A stretch of DNA of 64,000 nt from Fimbriosthenelais zetlandica. Its lineage: Eukaryota. Position 1 is the stretch's first letter. Every line of letters starts with the position of its first letter. Below, piece after piece: positions 39,503 through 53,300 of the stretch. The notes beneath the pieces are model-generated. The model saw only the letters and a list, made by a program, of their open reading frames with translations. It was not told the DNA's origin and did not search any database. Where the stretch lies: NCBI GenBank assembly GCA_977030845.1, contig OZ365118.1, positions 23,498,001-23,562,000 of the forward strand, read 5' to 3'. Made by a program: the position numbers and the translations under genes.

Positions 39503-40489
39503 GGTGCCACCTACACGCCACGCGGGGAACTAGACGCCGGGAACTACAGCTCACTCCTCACCTCCCTCCTCACACCTGGTGGTAGAGAGAAGAACCGTGT
39601 TATAATGGCGGACAGGGGGAGACAGAGAGAAGAAACATTATAATGGTGGACAGGGGGAGACAGAGAGAAGAAACATTATAATGGTGGACAGGGGGAGACA
39701 GAGAGAAGAAACATTATAATGGCGGACAGGACGAGACAGAGAGAAGAACCATGTTATAATGGCGGACAGGGGGAGACAGAGAGAAGAAACATTATAATGG
39801 CGGACAGGACGAGACAGAGAGAAGAAACATTATAATGGTGGATAGGGGGAACAAGGGGGATGGGAGAATGGTAGCATCATGTAAATTAACAAGAAAGCAT
39901 CAAGAAAGCAACAAGATAACAAGGCATTGTTGATGATTCATGCATTAGTTTCACCAACGAGTATTGGTGAATTGGGAATTGGGGTTCACATTTCTATTAA
40001 ATTTTCCCTTAATTTTCGTTTTTCTCAAGCTTAAGTTTTAACTATAATCTTGAGGGAAGCAGCAAGACCTGAGCTGAACTGGGTGAGAATAGTGATAATA
40101 GAATCAGCAGGCATCCCTCCATTATCGGCAGGCAGCCCTCCATTATCGGCCATGTTGGCTATGCCATCCACCACACTCTCACATGAATGGAATTTTAACC
40201 ACGCGAGTTACTACTTTAGAGCTATAAACCATGAGGTATACTTGACGAGAAGTGGGCATCATGTGAGAGTATGTCAGACAAGTCTACTCTTATAGTGTAC
40301 ACAAACTAGACAGCCTCATACCTCATAGATACCCGACACAGACAGACAGACAGACAGACAGACACACAGACAGACAGACAGACGGGAAACCGCGGCCAGG
40401 AAAACAACATCCCGCTTCCCGGAAGTAAAGATGAGTTGACAATGACAGGCGGAGTCCCATTTACACAGTCTGCCTGCTGTATTTATAGT

Positions 40490-40940
40490 CACAGTCTGTG
40501 CTGAGAGTCTATGATTGCCAGGAGTCTGTGCTAGGAGTCTGTGCTGAGAGTCTATGATTGCCAGGAGTCTGTGCTAGGAGTCTGTGCTGAGAATCTATGG
40601 TTGCTAGGAGTCTGTGGTGGGAGTCTATGATTGCTAGGAGTCTGTGCTGGGAGTCTATGTTTGCTAGGAGTCTGTGGTGGGAGTCTATGATTGCTAGGAG
40701 TCTGTGCTGAGAGTCTATGGTTGCTAGGAGTCTGTGCTGGGAGTCTATGATTGCTAGGAGTCTGTGGTGGGAGTCTATGATTGCCAGGAGTCTGTGCTGA
40801 GAGTCTATGGTTGCTAGGAGTCTGTGCTGGGAGTCTATAATTGCTAGGAGTCTGTGCTGGGAGTCTAGCTGTGCTAGGAGTCTGTGCTGAGAGTCTGTGT
40901 TATGAGTCTAGCTGTGCTGGGAGTCTGTGCTGAGAGTCTA
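40490..40940. repeat. Degenerate minisatellite (gagtctgtgctgggagtctatgattgctag)
   Basis: Direct inspection. Confidence 0.85.
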
Positions 40941-43241
40941 TGGTTGCTGGGAGTCTGCTCTCACCCCTCACCCCAGCCTGACTGATGGGCTATGCCGCTC
41001 TCTCTTGGCGGACATTTTTTCCTCACATTTCTCTCCTAAATCAGACCATTCATGTGTTTATCTGGCAGATGGCCAAGTGGCGTCGTAATTCCTCACAACG
41101 ACACCTGCTGGGCAATATCAAAAATAATATACTGACATATCTACACTGAGAACACATAGACGTGCCAGAAAGACAGGTACGGGCCAGAAAGCCAGGTACC
41201 AACTGATGGGGTGTGTTATAATGCACCTACAGGGCTGTTAAGTCATGTATGGGGCTGTCACAAGAACTGAGGGCCGAAACCTGAGGCCTGAGGCCTGAGA
41301 ACTGAGGCACAAGGCCCGAGAACAGAGGCCTGAGACGCCAGACGTGGGTTGACAGACCTGCCACCTCACATTACGAGGTCCTGTGAGTGAGAGACTGTTG
41401 TGAGAGATGACTTGGTCATTGAGCTGACAACCTCCCATCACCCACCACCACACACTATCACACGATGCTGGCACAGGTAGAAATGTTTATAAAACGACAG
41501 GTGTAAACAAGCTTCATTGTCAACGTGAAAACAGAGAGATGTAGGAGGAGAAGAGAGCGAGAGAGGAAGCGAAGGAGGGAGATGGAGAGAGGAGGGAGGG
41601 AGGGAAAGGGAGAGAGAGGTAGAGGGAAAGAGGTAGAGAGAGAGCAGAAAGGAGTGGAAAGGGGAGCAGGAGAAGAGATAGCAGGAAAGGAAACAAGGGG
41701 GACTATAGGGTAGGAGGAGAGTGCAGGGAGAGCAGATGTTGAGAGTAGCTCGGGGATTATATATTAGGGCAGGCTATGATGTGAAAGAAAACATGTGGCG
41801 TTGTTGAAATGGAGGAAAAGATAAGAAGGTTGAAATCCTGGAGCGGGGGATCCGGGAGTGGGAGATAAGGTTAGAGGAGAAGTTAGACCAGGCCATGTGC
41901 TGGGGTGGGGGGGGGGGGGGGGGTGTGGGGTGGGGGAGTGGGGGGGATGGGAGGTGCTGTCTGGTGGAATCAACTTCAGGTAGGGAGCTTCTGGCAGCCA
42001 GGTGAAAGGTAAAGGTGAGTTACATAGTACGGTATGTGGGCCGCTTCCTCTACCCTCACTAGAACCCAGCCCCGCGCCCAGCCTGCCTCACCCCACCCCC
42101 CACCCCCCACCCCCAGACACGCATGGTCATCCATCAACTCTCCACGTAACCAACAAAACACTCAAACTCATCATCACAGTTCTACACTGACTGTAAGCCG
42201 GAACTCACCTCAACTACTCCACAATCTCTACACTTATAGAATGCTTTACTACACTCTACCCGGATTCCTGCTCTAGACCCACATCCTGCCTCCCCCACAC
42301 CCTGAACAATATACACACACTATTAAACATCAATATTGAATGCTATCAATGCTCAATCCACTGCCCATGCTCTGGTCTGCTACCCATGCCCTGCACCCTC
42401 CCACACATTATACAAGTCACACTTCCCATCCATTTTTCAGTATAATATTAGTACCAATTCTCATATGAATTCTGCCAATGTTTTGGTGCTGCGTAGTAAT
42501 AAGGCAGGTTAGAGAAGTGCCAAACATGGCGGCTCCAAAAACCAGAATCAGGAAATAACTCCCCAACATCCGCACCAGCAGATCCCTGCACCAGCTGCAG
42601 ATCCCTGCACCACCGCCACATCTCCATTGTGACACGGATGGTACAAGCGTTATGACATATGACCACAGTAACTGAAGGTCAATCAAAGGTCACCCAACAA
42701 GGTCAAACATGTAGCAACAAAATGGTACGCCACTAGTAAAGGTCACACCACGGTGACAAAGGTCAAGATATCAAGATAAGGTCACCAAGGTACTGAAGGT
42801 TTAGACGTGGGTTTAGACGTGGGAATAGAGGCAGGGTCAGGGAGGCAATGTAATGAAGGGAGGCAATGTCAGGTACGGGGCCTGCGGGCTTGGCACACAC
42901 ACTTCTGGTGGTTCAGGGTACAATGACTAACAACAACCCTCACACGGTTAATCTGTGATATACGCAGCTATATCGATATAACCCGCTATATCGATATAAC
43001 CTCGCTATATGTGGTACCTGACTACATCAGTTAAATCTGGTAACCATAGTAACCTGGTGATGGGTGGAATCATGGTTGTCATGACAATCTGACGGGGTGA
43101 GATGAGAGCGAGGCTGACGTGTGTTGATTGGTCTGTGAACATCGCACCTCTCAACCAATCACAGCCGACTCCACTCATTCTATTCCGCTCCACTAGGTGG
43201 CAGGCCAAGGTGCTTGTGTACGGAGGGCACTTCCTGTAGGC

Positions 43242-43657
43242 NNNNNNNNNNNNNNNNNNNNNNNNNNNNNNNNNNNNNNNNNNNNNNNNNNNNNNNNNNN
43301 NNNNNNNNNNNNNNNNNNNNNNNNNNNNNNNNNNNNNNNNNNNNNNNNNNNNNNNNNNNNNNNNNNNNNNNNNNNNNNNNNNNNNNNNNNNNNNNNNNNN
43401 NNNNNNNNNNNNNNNNNNNNNNNNNNNNNNNNNNNNNNNNNNNNNNNNNNNNNNNNNNNNNNNNNNNNNNNNNNNNNNNNNNNNNNNNNNNNNNNNNNNN
43501 NNNNNNNNNNNNNNNNNNNNNNNNNNNNNNNNNNNNNNNNNNNNNNNNNNNNNNNNNNNNNNNNNNNNNNNNNNNNNNNNNNNNNNNNNNNNNNNNNNNN
43601 NNNNNNNNNNNNNNNNNNNNNNNNNNNNNNNNNNNNNNNNNNNNNNNNNNNNNNNNN
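43242..43657. other. Assembly gap (N run)
   Basis: Run of n. Confidence 1.
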
Positions 43658-46600
43658 CAGGGCAAGGACTGGGGGCAGGGGGCTGGGGGCTGGGGGCTGG
43701 GGGCTGGGGGCAGGGGGCAGGGGCAGGGCGAGGATTAGGGGCAGGGACAGGGGGCAGGGTTACTGTATGGGAATTTTTTGGGCTGGGGTTGTTGGGGCTC
43801 TGGCTGGTTTAGTGTATGAGATTGGGGCGGGGGCGGGGGCGGGGGCGGGGTATTTTACTGTACATGAGAGTTGAAGCTTGGCTTGGTAGCTTGGTACGTG
43901 TGGGATGAAGCTTGGCTTGGTATGTGAGAGGTTTTGAAGGCTATAGTAGTGTAATCACTAGTAAAGTTCACTTCCTGCTCGTCCTGGCCCCCTACCCCTG
44001 GCCTCCTGGCCCCCTACCCCTGGCCTCCTGGCCCCCTACCCCCGGCCTCCTGGCCCCCTACCCCTGGCCTCCTGGCCCCCTACCCCCGGCCTCCTGGCCC
44101 CCTACCCCCGGCCTCCTGGCCCCCTACCCCTGGCCTCCTGGCCCCCTACCCCTGGCCTCCTGGCCCCCTACCCCTGGCCTCCTGGCCCCCTACCCCTGGC
44201 CTCCTGGCCCCCTACCCCTGGCCTCCTGGCCCCCTGCCTCTAACCACTGATAAGCAGTGAACGCTGTGATTATTTACGAGTCGTGATCGCTGCTCCCCCT
44301 GCTGGATGAATTACCCACTACATCTCCAGCTTCCTACAGCTTTACTGGTTATAATACGGCTTACAGGCTACAGCCAGGTAAGGTGGTGAGATGAAGTGAG
44401 GTTATGTAGGTCACGGAATGAGGTCAAGACGTCTGACCTTGATTCAAGGTTAATAAGTAGGTGAGTGTGTATGGTTGTCATGGTAAACAGGAGTAAGATT
44501 AGGAGACGCGGCCAGGTGTGGGTACACCTGGTGGTGTGGTGGGGGGGTGGGGGGGGTGGGGTGGGGGCCGGGGTGGGGGCCGGGGTAGGACGGGAGCGGG
44601 ACATGGAGAAGGAAAGCAGTAACAGGAGGTGGAATACGCGGGGAAGAGCATCTTATCTACTGATAGAACATCTCAACAAAAAACACACAAATCTACATTC
44701 CTTACATTCATAACACCAACACTTCCCGTCCCCATGTACAGGGCTGGCTGGTCCCACACAGGGCTGGCTGGTCCCACACAGGGCTGGCTGGACCACAGGC
44801 CTGGTCCCACACAGGGCTGGTCCCACACAGGCCTGCAGGTCATTACTGATCATTAGTCTACCCCCAATTCCTGCTATCAGGGCAAATACAAGCCATGCCA
44901 TCCATCCTCGGTCAGTTCTAGGTCTTTACAGATGAGCAAAATGATCCAAATAATCAGCTCATCAACTCATCAGCCCAGCGATCCTCAACTAAACCTCAAT
45001 CAACATGCCATCAATCCTCTATAGAACCTCAATAAAACACTTAACAGATACTCAGCATCTTGCTGTGGCTGAGAGGCTCCCCCCATCCACCCAGCCCCCC
45101 CCCCCACCCCCGACCCACCCCCGCCCACCGGACAACCCTCTAACTGAGCCCAGGTGCAGGATCTTACAAACTGTGAGCTAAAATCCACAATCACAAAGAG
45201 ACAAAAAATCACATCAATCACAACAAGAGGAGAAAAAGAACTACAGCCTTCACAACTAGAAGGCAAGACGGAGTTAGCTGAGTGGGGATATACTATAGTC
45301 CTACAATACTGAGTAAACCCAGAAACTTAACAGTCCTACAATACAAGATAAACCCAGAAACTTAACAGTCCTACAATACTGAGTAAACCCAGAAACTTAA
45401 CAGTCCTACAATACTGAGTAAACCCAGAAACTTAACAGTCCTACAATACAAGATAAACCCACAAGATTACATGACAGTTATGTAATTTTTAAATGTAGGT
45501 CAATTGAGTGCAATGTGGTGTAATTGGTAGCTTCAGGCTTGAAGCATATAATTAGAATGATCCCAGACGCACACAATATCATTATAATAATGCGGTCAAT
45601 TGGCAACATAGCAGGGGAATGGACGTACAAATATAGGATTTTTTCATATAAAAAAGTATAAATTTAATATAAATTCACATTCAGATAGAAAATAGTCAGA
45701 ACTAAAGGCAATAAAACGCTTGAGCCTAGCCTGAGGGCCCCAGCCTGAGGGCCCCAGGCTGAGGGCCCCAGCTATAGTACTATGTTAATTCAGTATTGAT
45801 GAGGACTACTGGACCTACCTGCCAGCCACCTCCCTCCTCCTGCTCCTGCCATCACCATGGTAACCGTCTTCCTCCATGGTGTAACAGTGAGGGTGGTGGG
45901 TGATGGGGGTGGTGTGTGGGTGATGGGGGTGGTGTGTAGGGTGATGGGGTGTGTATAGGTCTATGGGTCTCTCTATAGTCAGTCTATACACCTCTCTGTG
46001 ATTCTAACCTTCACGTCCTCCTCCTACCAGTACATCCAGTATCTACCATCCCACCTCTACCAGTACCAGCGTCTCTCTCACCTGCCTCCTCTACTCCTCC
46101 TCTTATACCCACATCTTCTCTACCTCCACAATAGAGAGTTCCTCCTGTCAGACCACCAGGGGGAGTGAGTGTGAGCGGGGAGGGAGTGAGTGTGAGCGGG
46201 GAGGGGTGTAGGGACGGTGGAGGAGTTCCTGCTCTCTCTACCAGAGAGCGCCACTCTATAGGTTAGTACCACACTTCTCCACCAGATGCCAGCACACTCA
46301 GTCCCCATCATGGGACTTTTTGTCACGTATCAGAGTGGTCTTCCTCTCCGCTAGAGATGAATGAGACATGTTGGACAGATTGAGAGACAGGTTGGGACAG
46401 AAAATACAATCTATAACTAACTTCTCATATCGTTTAGCATTAATAAACCATGTTGGCCTGCAGGATATTGCTTGATGTGAGCAGGAGAGTGGATGATAGT
46501 AAGGGATGGGTAGAGTAAGAGGGGAGTACGGGCAAACTCCCTGCTACATACTGATGACTTATAGAGCTACTCTGAGCTGGTGGGGGTGATGAGCAGCTGC

Positions 46601-47165
46601 TGCTACTGCTACTGGTGGAGCACGAGTAGGGGAATCAGCAGCAGGAGGAGAGAGAGGCAGGAGGAGAAGCAGGAGGAGAGGGAGGGAGAAGTGTACATGT
46701 GAAGATGCGGATTGGGAGCAGCAGTAAGCATACCACCTTCTCCACGTGTGGCCCTAATCTCTCCCACTGTCCTCTCTCCCTCACTCTCCCTCACCACATC
46801 AGATGCTGGCCTGCATGCTGCAAATCGTACACATGCTGCGCTCACCACCAATACCAACCTCTCACTATTAAACCCTGGACAGACGGGACAGGCGGGACAG
46901 GCGGGACAGGCGGGACAGACAGAGACAGGCAAAGACAGGAGGAGCAAGGACAGGAAGGGACAGGAAGAGAAGATCCCAGGGCAAGGGAGCAGCAGCTAGA
47001 GAAGGAGCAAGAGGTGGAGGAAGGGAAGTAGACTTGCGGGAGGAAGGGAAGTAGACTTGCGGGAGAAAAGGGAGTAGACTTGCGGGAGCCAGGAACATAT
47101 GCACAGGATTATGCAGGAGTTGGGACCAAGACTAGAGAGTAGGACGAAATAGAGCTGGGAACAGT

Positions 47166-47226
<61 letters not shown>

Positions 47227-48227
47227 GGGGGAGGGCGGGGGGACGGGGGCAGGGTGGGGGCAGTGAGGAGCAGAGTGAATGGTAACAGATTTAGGGCGGT
47301 AGGTTAGAGTGAGGAGACTGTAGCAGGTAATCTGTAACACCTCATGAACCATGTTATAACATCTCTCCATCACTCCATCACACGGCTATCATACATCACT
47401 TCATGGTTTATAAACCCCCTGATCACCTTTATTACAGACAGACACTCGGCCACAAGCTGCCACTAACGTGAGAGGTGGACCATAATAAAGGTAAGTCACT
47501 CATATATAAGTTCATTAGTGTATAGTGAGCTGCTCCTCTCACTGTACCTGCTCCTCTCACTGTACCTGCTCCTCTCACTGTACCTGCTCCTCTCACGGTG
47601 CTCCATACAAAACATTCCATACTTATACATGTATACACCAGGCCAGATGGACTGAGAGGGAGGCTGAGGGAGAGAGGGAAGGAGGGACAGAGGGGAGGGA
47701 GAGAGAGGGAGAAGGAAGGATGAGAAGAAGGGATGAGAGGGAAGGATGAGAGGGAAGGATGAGAGGGAAGGATGAGAGGGAAGGATGAGGGGGAAGGATG
47801 TAAGGTAGTGAGAGAGATTGCTATTTGAGCTCACTCACTCTCTGCCCCTACAGGTATGAACCTGGGGCCTTGTATCATGGAGTTTACTGAGTATCATTGT
47901 AGGCGTACAGTAAACCATTATCACATGCTTCATGTAGTGGTTCTGGGCTTTAAGCAGGGTTCACTGTAATGTAAGGTGCGTACTGGATCTGGGGTTTCAC
48001 TAATTTAATGTAACTAGTGGATCTCGGGTTTAGGGTTTAATGTGCTCACAGCGCCAGGGTTTAATGTGCTCACAGCGCCACCTGTGAGTTATAGCGGTGA
48101 TCACAGCTGTCATGTGACCATGTTGCTGTCATGTGACCATGTGGAGTAACTTGGTTAACGGTGTAGCTCATACATGATGCAGCGACATCACGAGGCGACA
48201 AGGCGAAACACATTCATCAAAAATATA

Positions 48228-48790
48228 TAAAGCTAGAGATGCTAGACACTCCCTTAATATAAAGCTAGAGATGCTAGACACTCCCTTAATATAAAGCTAG
48301 AGATGCTAGACACTCCCTTAATATAAAGCTAGAGATGCTAGACACTCCCTTAATATAAAGCTAGAGATGCTAGACACTCCCTTAATATAAAGCTAGAGAT
48401 GCTAGATACTACCTTAATATAAAGCTAGAGATGCTAGATACTCCCTTAATATAAAGCTAGAGATGCTAGATACTACCTTAATATAAAGCTAGAGATGCTA
48501 GATACTCCCTTAATATAAAGCTAGAGATGCTAGATACTACCTTAATATAAAGCTAGAGATGCTAGATACTCCCTTAATATAAAGCTAGAGATGCTAGATA
48601 CTACCTTAATATAAAGCTAGAGATGCTAGATACTACCTTAATATAAAGCTAGAGATGCTAGATACTCCCTTAATATAAAGCTAGAGATGCTAGATACTAC
48701 CTTAATATAAAGCTAGAGATGCTAGACACTCCCTTAATATAAAGCTAGAGATGCTAGACACTGCCTTAATATAAAGCTATAATAATAGAC
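48228..48790. repeat. 32-bp tandem repeat
   Basis: aagctagagatgctagacactcccttaatata units. Confidence 0.95.
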
Positions 48791-49324
48791 ACTCAACTTG
48801 TACTATAAGGACAGTAATCCTACAATATAAGGACGGTATTATAGGTGAAGTTATCGGGGTTTTGTAGGGGGCAACCTTCATTAGGCACCAGATGCTGACA
48901 TATTCTCATTACCTCCCCCTCCCTCATTATATCCCACCCCCTCATTATCTCCCCCCCCCCTCATTATCCCACCCCCTCATTAACAGGGTTTTAATGAGGT
49001 GTAGAATGAAGCCACCTAGACCAGTAGTATAGGAGAAGGCCTCTATCTACAGGCACTGGGCTGTAGTAGCCCCCGATCTGCTATAAATGAATGCTCCCCT
49101 CACTGAGCCCGGGTAAACAGATTGCTCCCTGTCCGCCTAGTCACCGTGACAATATGCTGGAGCATGCTCGGCGAGTCACGTGATCATAGCTAGCGGCCCA
49201 CGTGATCATAGCTGGTGATGACCCGGGGGCACCAGCTATTATTCTACCCCGGGGGTGGGGTAGGGTGGAGCACGGGCTATTATTCTACCCCGGGGGTGAG
49301 GTAGGGTGGAGCACGGGCTATTAT

Positions 49325-50280
49325 TCCACACACCAACCTCAATCTGCCCCACCTACACACCCACACACCAACCTCAATCTGCCCCACCTACACACCAACC
49401 TCAATCTGCCCCACCTACACACCAACCTCAATCTGCCCCACCTACACACCCACACACCAACCTCAATCTGCCCCACCTACACACCCACACACCAACCTCA
49501 ATCTGCCCCACCTACACACCAACCTCAATCTGCCCCACCTACACACCAACCTCAATCTGCCCCACCTACACACCAACCTCAATCTGCCCCACCTACACAC
49601 CAACCTCAATCTGCCCCACCTACACACCAACCTCAATCTGCCCCACCTACACACCCACACACCAACCTCAATCTGCCCCCTATCACACCCCCACACCAAC
49701 CTCAATCTGCCCCACCTACACACCCACACACCAACCTCAATCTGCCCCACCTACACACCAACCTCAATCTGCCCCCTATCACACCCCCTATCCTACATTT
49801 ATACAGTCTATAGTACACACTCACATGTAGTAGAGACACAGTAAACGGGATTCAATACCTGTGGAACTGCACTAGATCATTTAAAGACACATTCTAATAG
49901 AGATGACAGTAGCAACTTACACTAATTAACAGTACAATAGTAAGGTTAACTCACCTAGTCTGGTGTTGATACTGATGTCCTGCTATAAGTCTGCTGTCAT
50001 TCAGTTCTAATCCTTTCATTCATCTTGTATTTTTCAGCTGAAGTCACCAGCTAGTTGCTGCCTGCTTCTCTAACTGTCTCATGTCCACCACTGCCCTCTC
50101 TCATCACTCCATGTCCACCACTGCCCTCTCTCATCACTCCATGTCCACCACTGCCCTCTCTCATCACTCCATGTCCACCACTGCCCTCTCTCATCACTCC
50201 ATGTCCACCACTGCCCCCTCTCATCACTCCATGTCCACCACTGCCCTCTCTCATCACTCCATGTCCAGCCTCCTCTCATC
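49325..50280. repeat. Minisatellites upstream of the Patched-domain gene
   Basis: cacaccaacctcaatctgccccaccta (49325-49790) and 30-bp atgtccaccactgccctctctcatcactcc (50075-50280). Confidence 0.9.
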
Positions 50281-50310
50281 TCACTGAATGTCTCGTCTCT
50301 CAGCCTACAG

Positions 50311-53300
50311 ATGGGCGCCCTCTATGAAGATGTGGAGAAGTTTTTTGGTGACATTTTTGCGTTTTACGGCCGGTTTTTGGCCCGTTATCCCGTGGTGTTC
50401 ATCTTGTTGACGCTCTTCATATCGTCGCTGCTGGGGATGGGATTACTGAGTATGAAGTATGAGACTCATGTAGACAAGCTTTACACCCCGCTCGGCAGTC
50501 CCGCGTTAAAAGACCAGGCGAGGCTGGCGGAACTATTCCCTGAGAAAACCAGCAAGGCTTTCTACAGCCACCAGCAGCTCTACCTCGACACGTATGGCAG
50601 CATACTCATAGTCCCGGCACATCCCGGGGGAGATGAGAGGGAAGATGAGAGGAAAGATGAGAGGGAAGATGAGGGGGAGGAGGATGAGGATAGGCTGAAT
50701 GTCCTCACTGAGGACATCATCACAGACATACAGAAGTTATACAGGATGATAGAGAGCATCAGCCTGGAGAGAGATGACCAGGGGTTCCGGTATGAGGATC
50801 TGTGTGCCTCCCGCCAGGGTCGCTGTGTCATTGATGGTCGCCTCCTCCTGTCTCATCTATCCACCAACTCCTGTCTCACTAATAACGCCAGCTTCCCGTA
50901 CATACACGGAGTGGGAGGAGATGTAGAGGACCTCCATACCGTACTAGCCGGGATCCGCGTCGTTAATGGATGTATGACGGCCCATGCGTTCCGGCTCCGG
51001 TTTAACCTGCGTCATGACACGCCTCATCAGCGCAGCCTCGGATTACTCTGGGAGATTAACTTCCTCCAGCACCTCCACGACTTCCGGTCAGACGTGGCTA
51101 GCATCTCATACTCAGCCTCTGAATCTCTGGACATTGAGCTGACAGAGAATGTCGGGGAGGACACTAAGTTTTTTGGTATCACAGTGTTTATAATGGTGCT
51201 CTACTCGACGTTCGTCAGCTCGGGAGGTAACTGGGTGTCAACTCGTGCTCTACTCGCCCAGGCGGGACTCGTGGCTGCTCTACTCGCGATACTCGCGTCA
51301 TTCGGCATCCTCAGTCTGTGTGGACTCACGTTTGTGGACATCTGTGGCGTCATGCCCTTCATGGTGCTGGGTGAGTAATGGGTTACATGCCCTTCATGGT
51401 GCTGGGTGAGTAGTGGTTACATGCCCTTCATGGTGCTGGGTGAGTAATGGGTCTGGAAAGGTAGAAGCGTTCTGGAAAGTAATACATTTTAAAATTTTAG
51501 GTAATAACTTATCTATTATCACAGGTGTAGTGATTACATCTGTGGTATAAATTATATGCCTGTATTTTTGATTACAGGTGTGCTCTATCCTTGATTACAG
51601 GTGTAGTATAAGTGACATACCTGTATATTTGATTACAGGTGTGGTCTATGATTGATTACAGGTGTAGTATAAGTGACATACCTGTATGTTTGATTACAGG
51701 TGTAGTATAAGCTATGTACCTGTATCTTTGATTACAGGTGTGCTCTATGATTGATTACAGGTGTAGTATAAGTGACATACCTGTACCTTTGATTACAGGT
51801 GTAGTATAAGTGACATACCTGTATGTTTGATTACAGGTGTAGTATAAGTGACATACCTGTATGTTTGATTACAGGTGTGGGCGTTGATGACATGTTCATC
51901 TTGATGTCAGGATGGAGACAGACTGATGTGAAGCTGGGGATTGAGGAGCGGATCTCTGAGACGTTCAGGTCGTCAGCCATCTCTGTGACCATCACGTCAC
52001 TGACGGACCTGCTGGCCTTCTGTATCGGTGCTACCAGCCCCTTCCTCAGTGTCAAGAACTTCTGTGTTTACACAGGTCAGTAGTCACACATAGTAGTTAT
52101 AGATGACTTCAGTCTGTAGCATAATAATGTTACTGAATATTATTTGTTATTTCAGGCGTGGCTGTCCTCCTGTGTTACATCAATCAGTTGACGTTTTTTG
52201 AGTGTTGTATTATTTGCCTCATTGAGTGTTGTATTTATTTGCCTCATTGAGTGTTGTATTATTCTCCATTACAGGCGTGGCTGTCCTCCTGTGCTACATC
52301 AATCAGTTGACGTTTTTTGAGTGTTGTATTATTTGCCTCATTGAGTGTTGTATTTATTTGCCTCATTGAGTGTTGTATTTATTTGCCTCATTGAGTGTTG
52401 TATTATTCTCCATTACAGGCGTGGCTGTCCTCCTGTGCTACATCAATCAGTTGACGTTTTTTGAGTGTTGTATTATTTGCCTCATTGAGTGTTGTATTTA
52501 TTTGCCTCATTGAGTGTTGTATTATTCTCCATTACAGGCGTGGCTGTCCTCCTGTGCTACATCAATCAGTTGACGTTTTTTGAGTGTTGTATTATTTGCC
52601 TCATTGAGTGTTGTATTTATTTGCCTCATTGAGTGTTGTATTTATTTGCCTCATTGAGTGTTGTATTATTCTCCATTACAGGCGTGGCCGTCCTCCTGTG
52701 CTACATCAATCAGTTGACGTTTTTTGGTGGATGTTTGGTGCTACATGCACGACGTGTGGAGGCGTCACGTCACACGGTCACGTGTATGAAGGTGACGTCA
52801 CGACGTCAGCTGGAGCAGGACGGTCACTCACGCGTGACGGTGGCGTGTTGTAGCGGGTCACCACCAGGTCACGCTGGTGAGGATGACAGTCTGTGTGAGA
52901 AGATCCCCAGCTCCTTCCTGCCCCGCCTGCTGCTCAAGTCGCCCGTCAAGCTGCTCATCATCATGTTGTTTATAATCTACATCAGTCTGTCTGTGTGGGG
53001 GGCGTCTAACATTAAGACGGGACTAAAGCTGGAGAATGTCGTCCCTGAACACTCCTACCTCCACCGCTTCATCCTCCAGGAGCAGCTCTACTTCCCTGAG
53101 CGAGGAGCTCACGTCATGTTCGTCGTGGAGCAGGTGGTCACGTACAGTGATCTGCACGTCCAGGAGGAGGTCAGCCACGTCTTCACTAAAGCCATCAAGT
53201 CCGGCTTCCTCGACCCTAACTTCCGTATCTCGTGGCTGGACGAGTATCTGGCGTTCTGCCGTGATCACGCCTACCTCAACCTTCACACCTTCCTCCCGGT

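Noticed and set aside
42971-42996. Two TATCGATA (DRE-like) palindromes
   Set aside because: Part of a short local duplication inside a putative intron; no promoter context
46120-47640. Several 60-125 aa ORFs on both strands
   Set aside because: Low complexity, no motifs, no consistent exon chain
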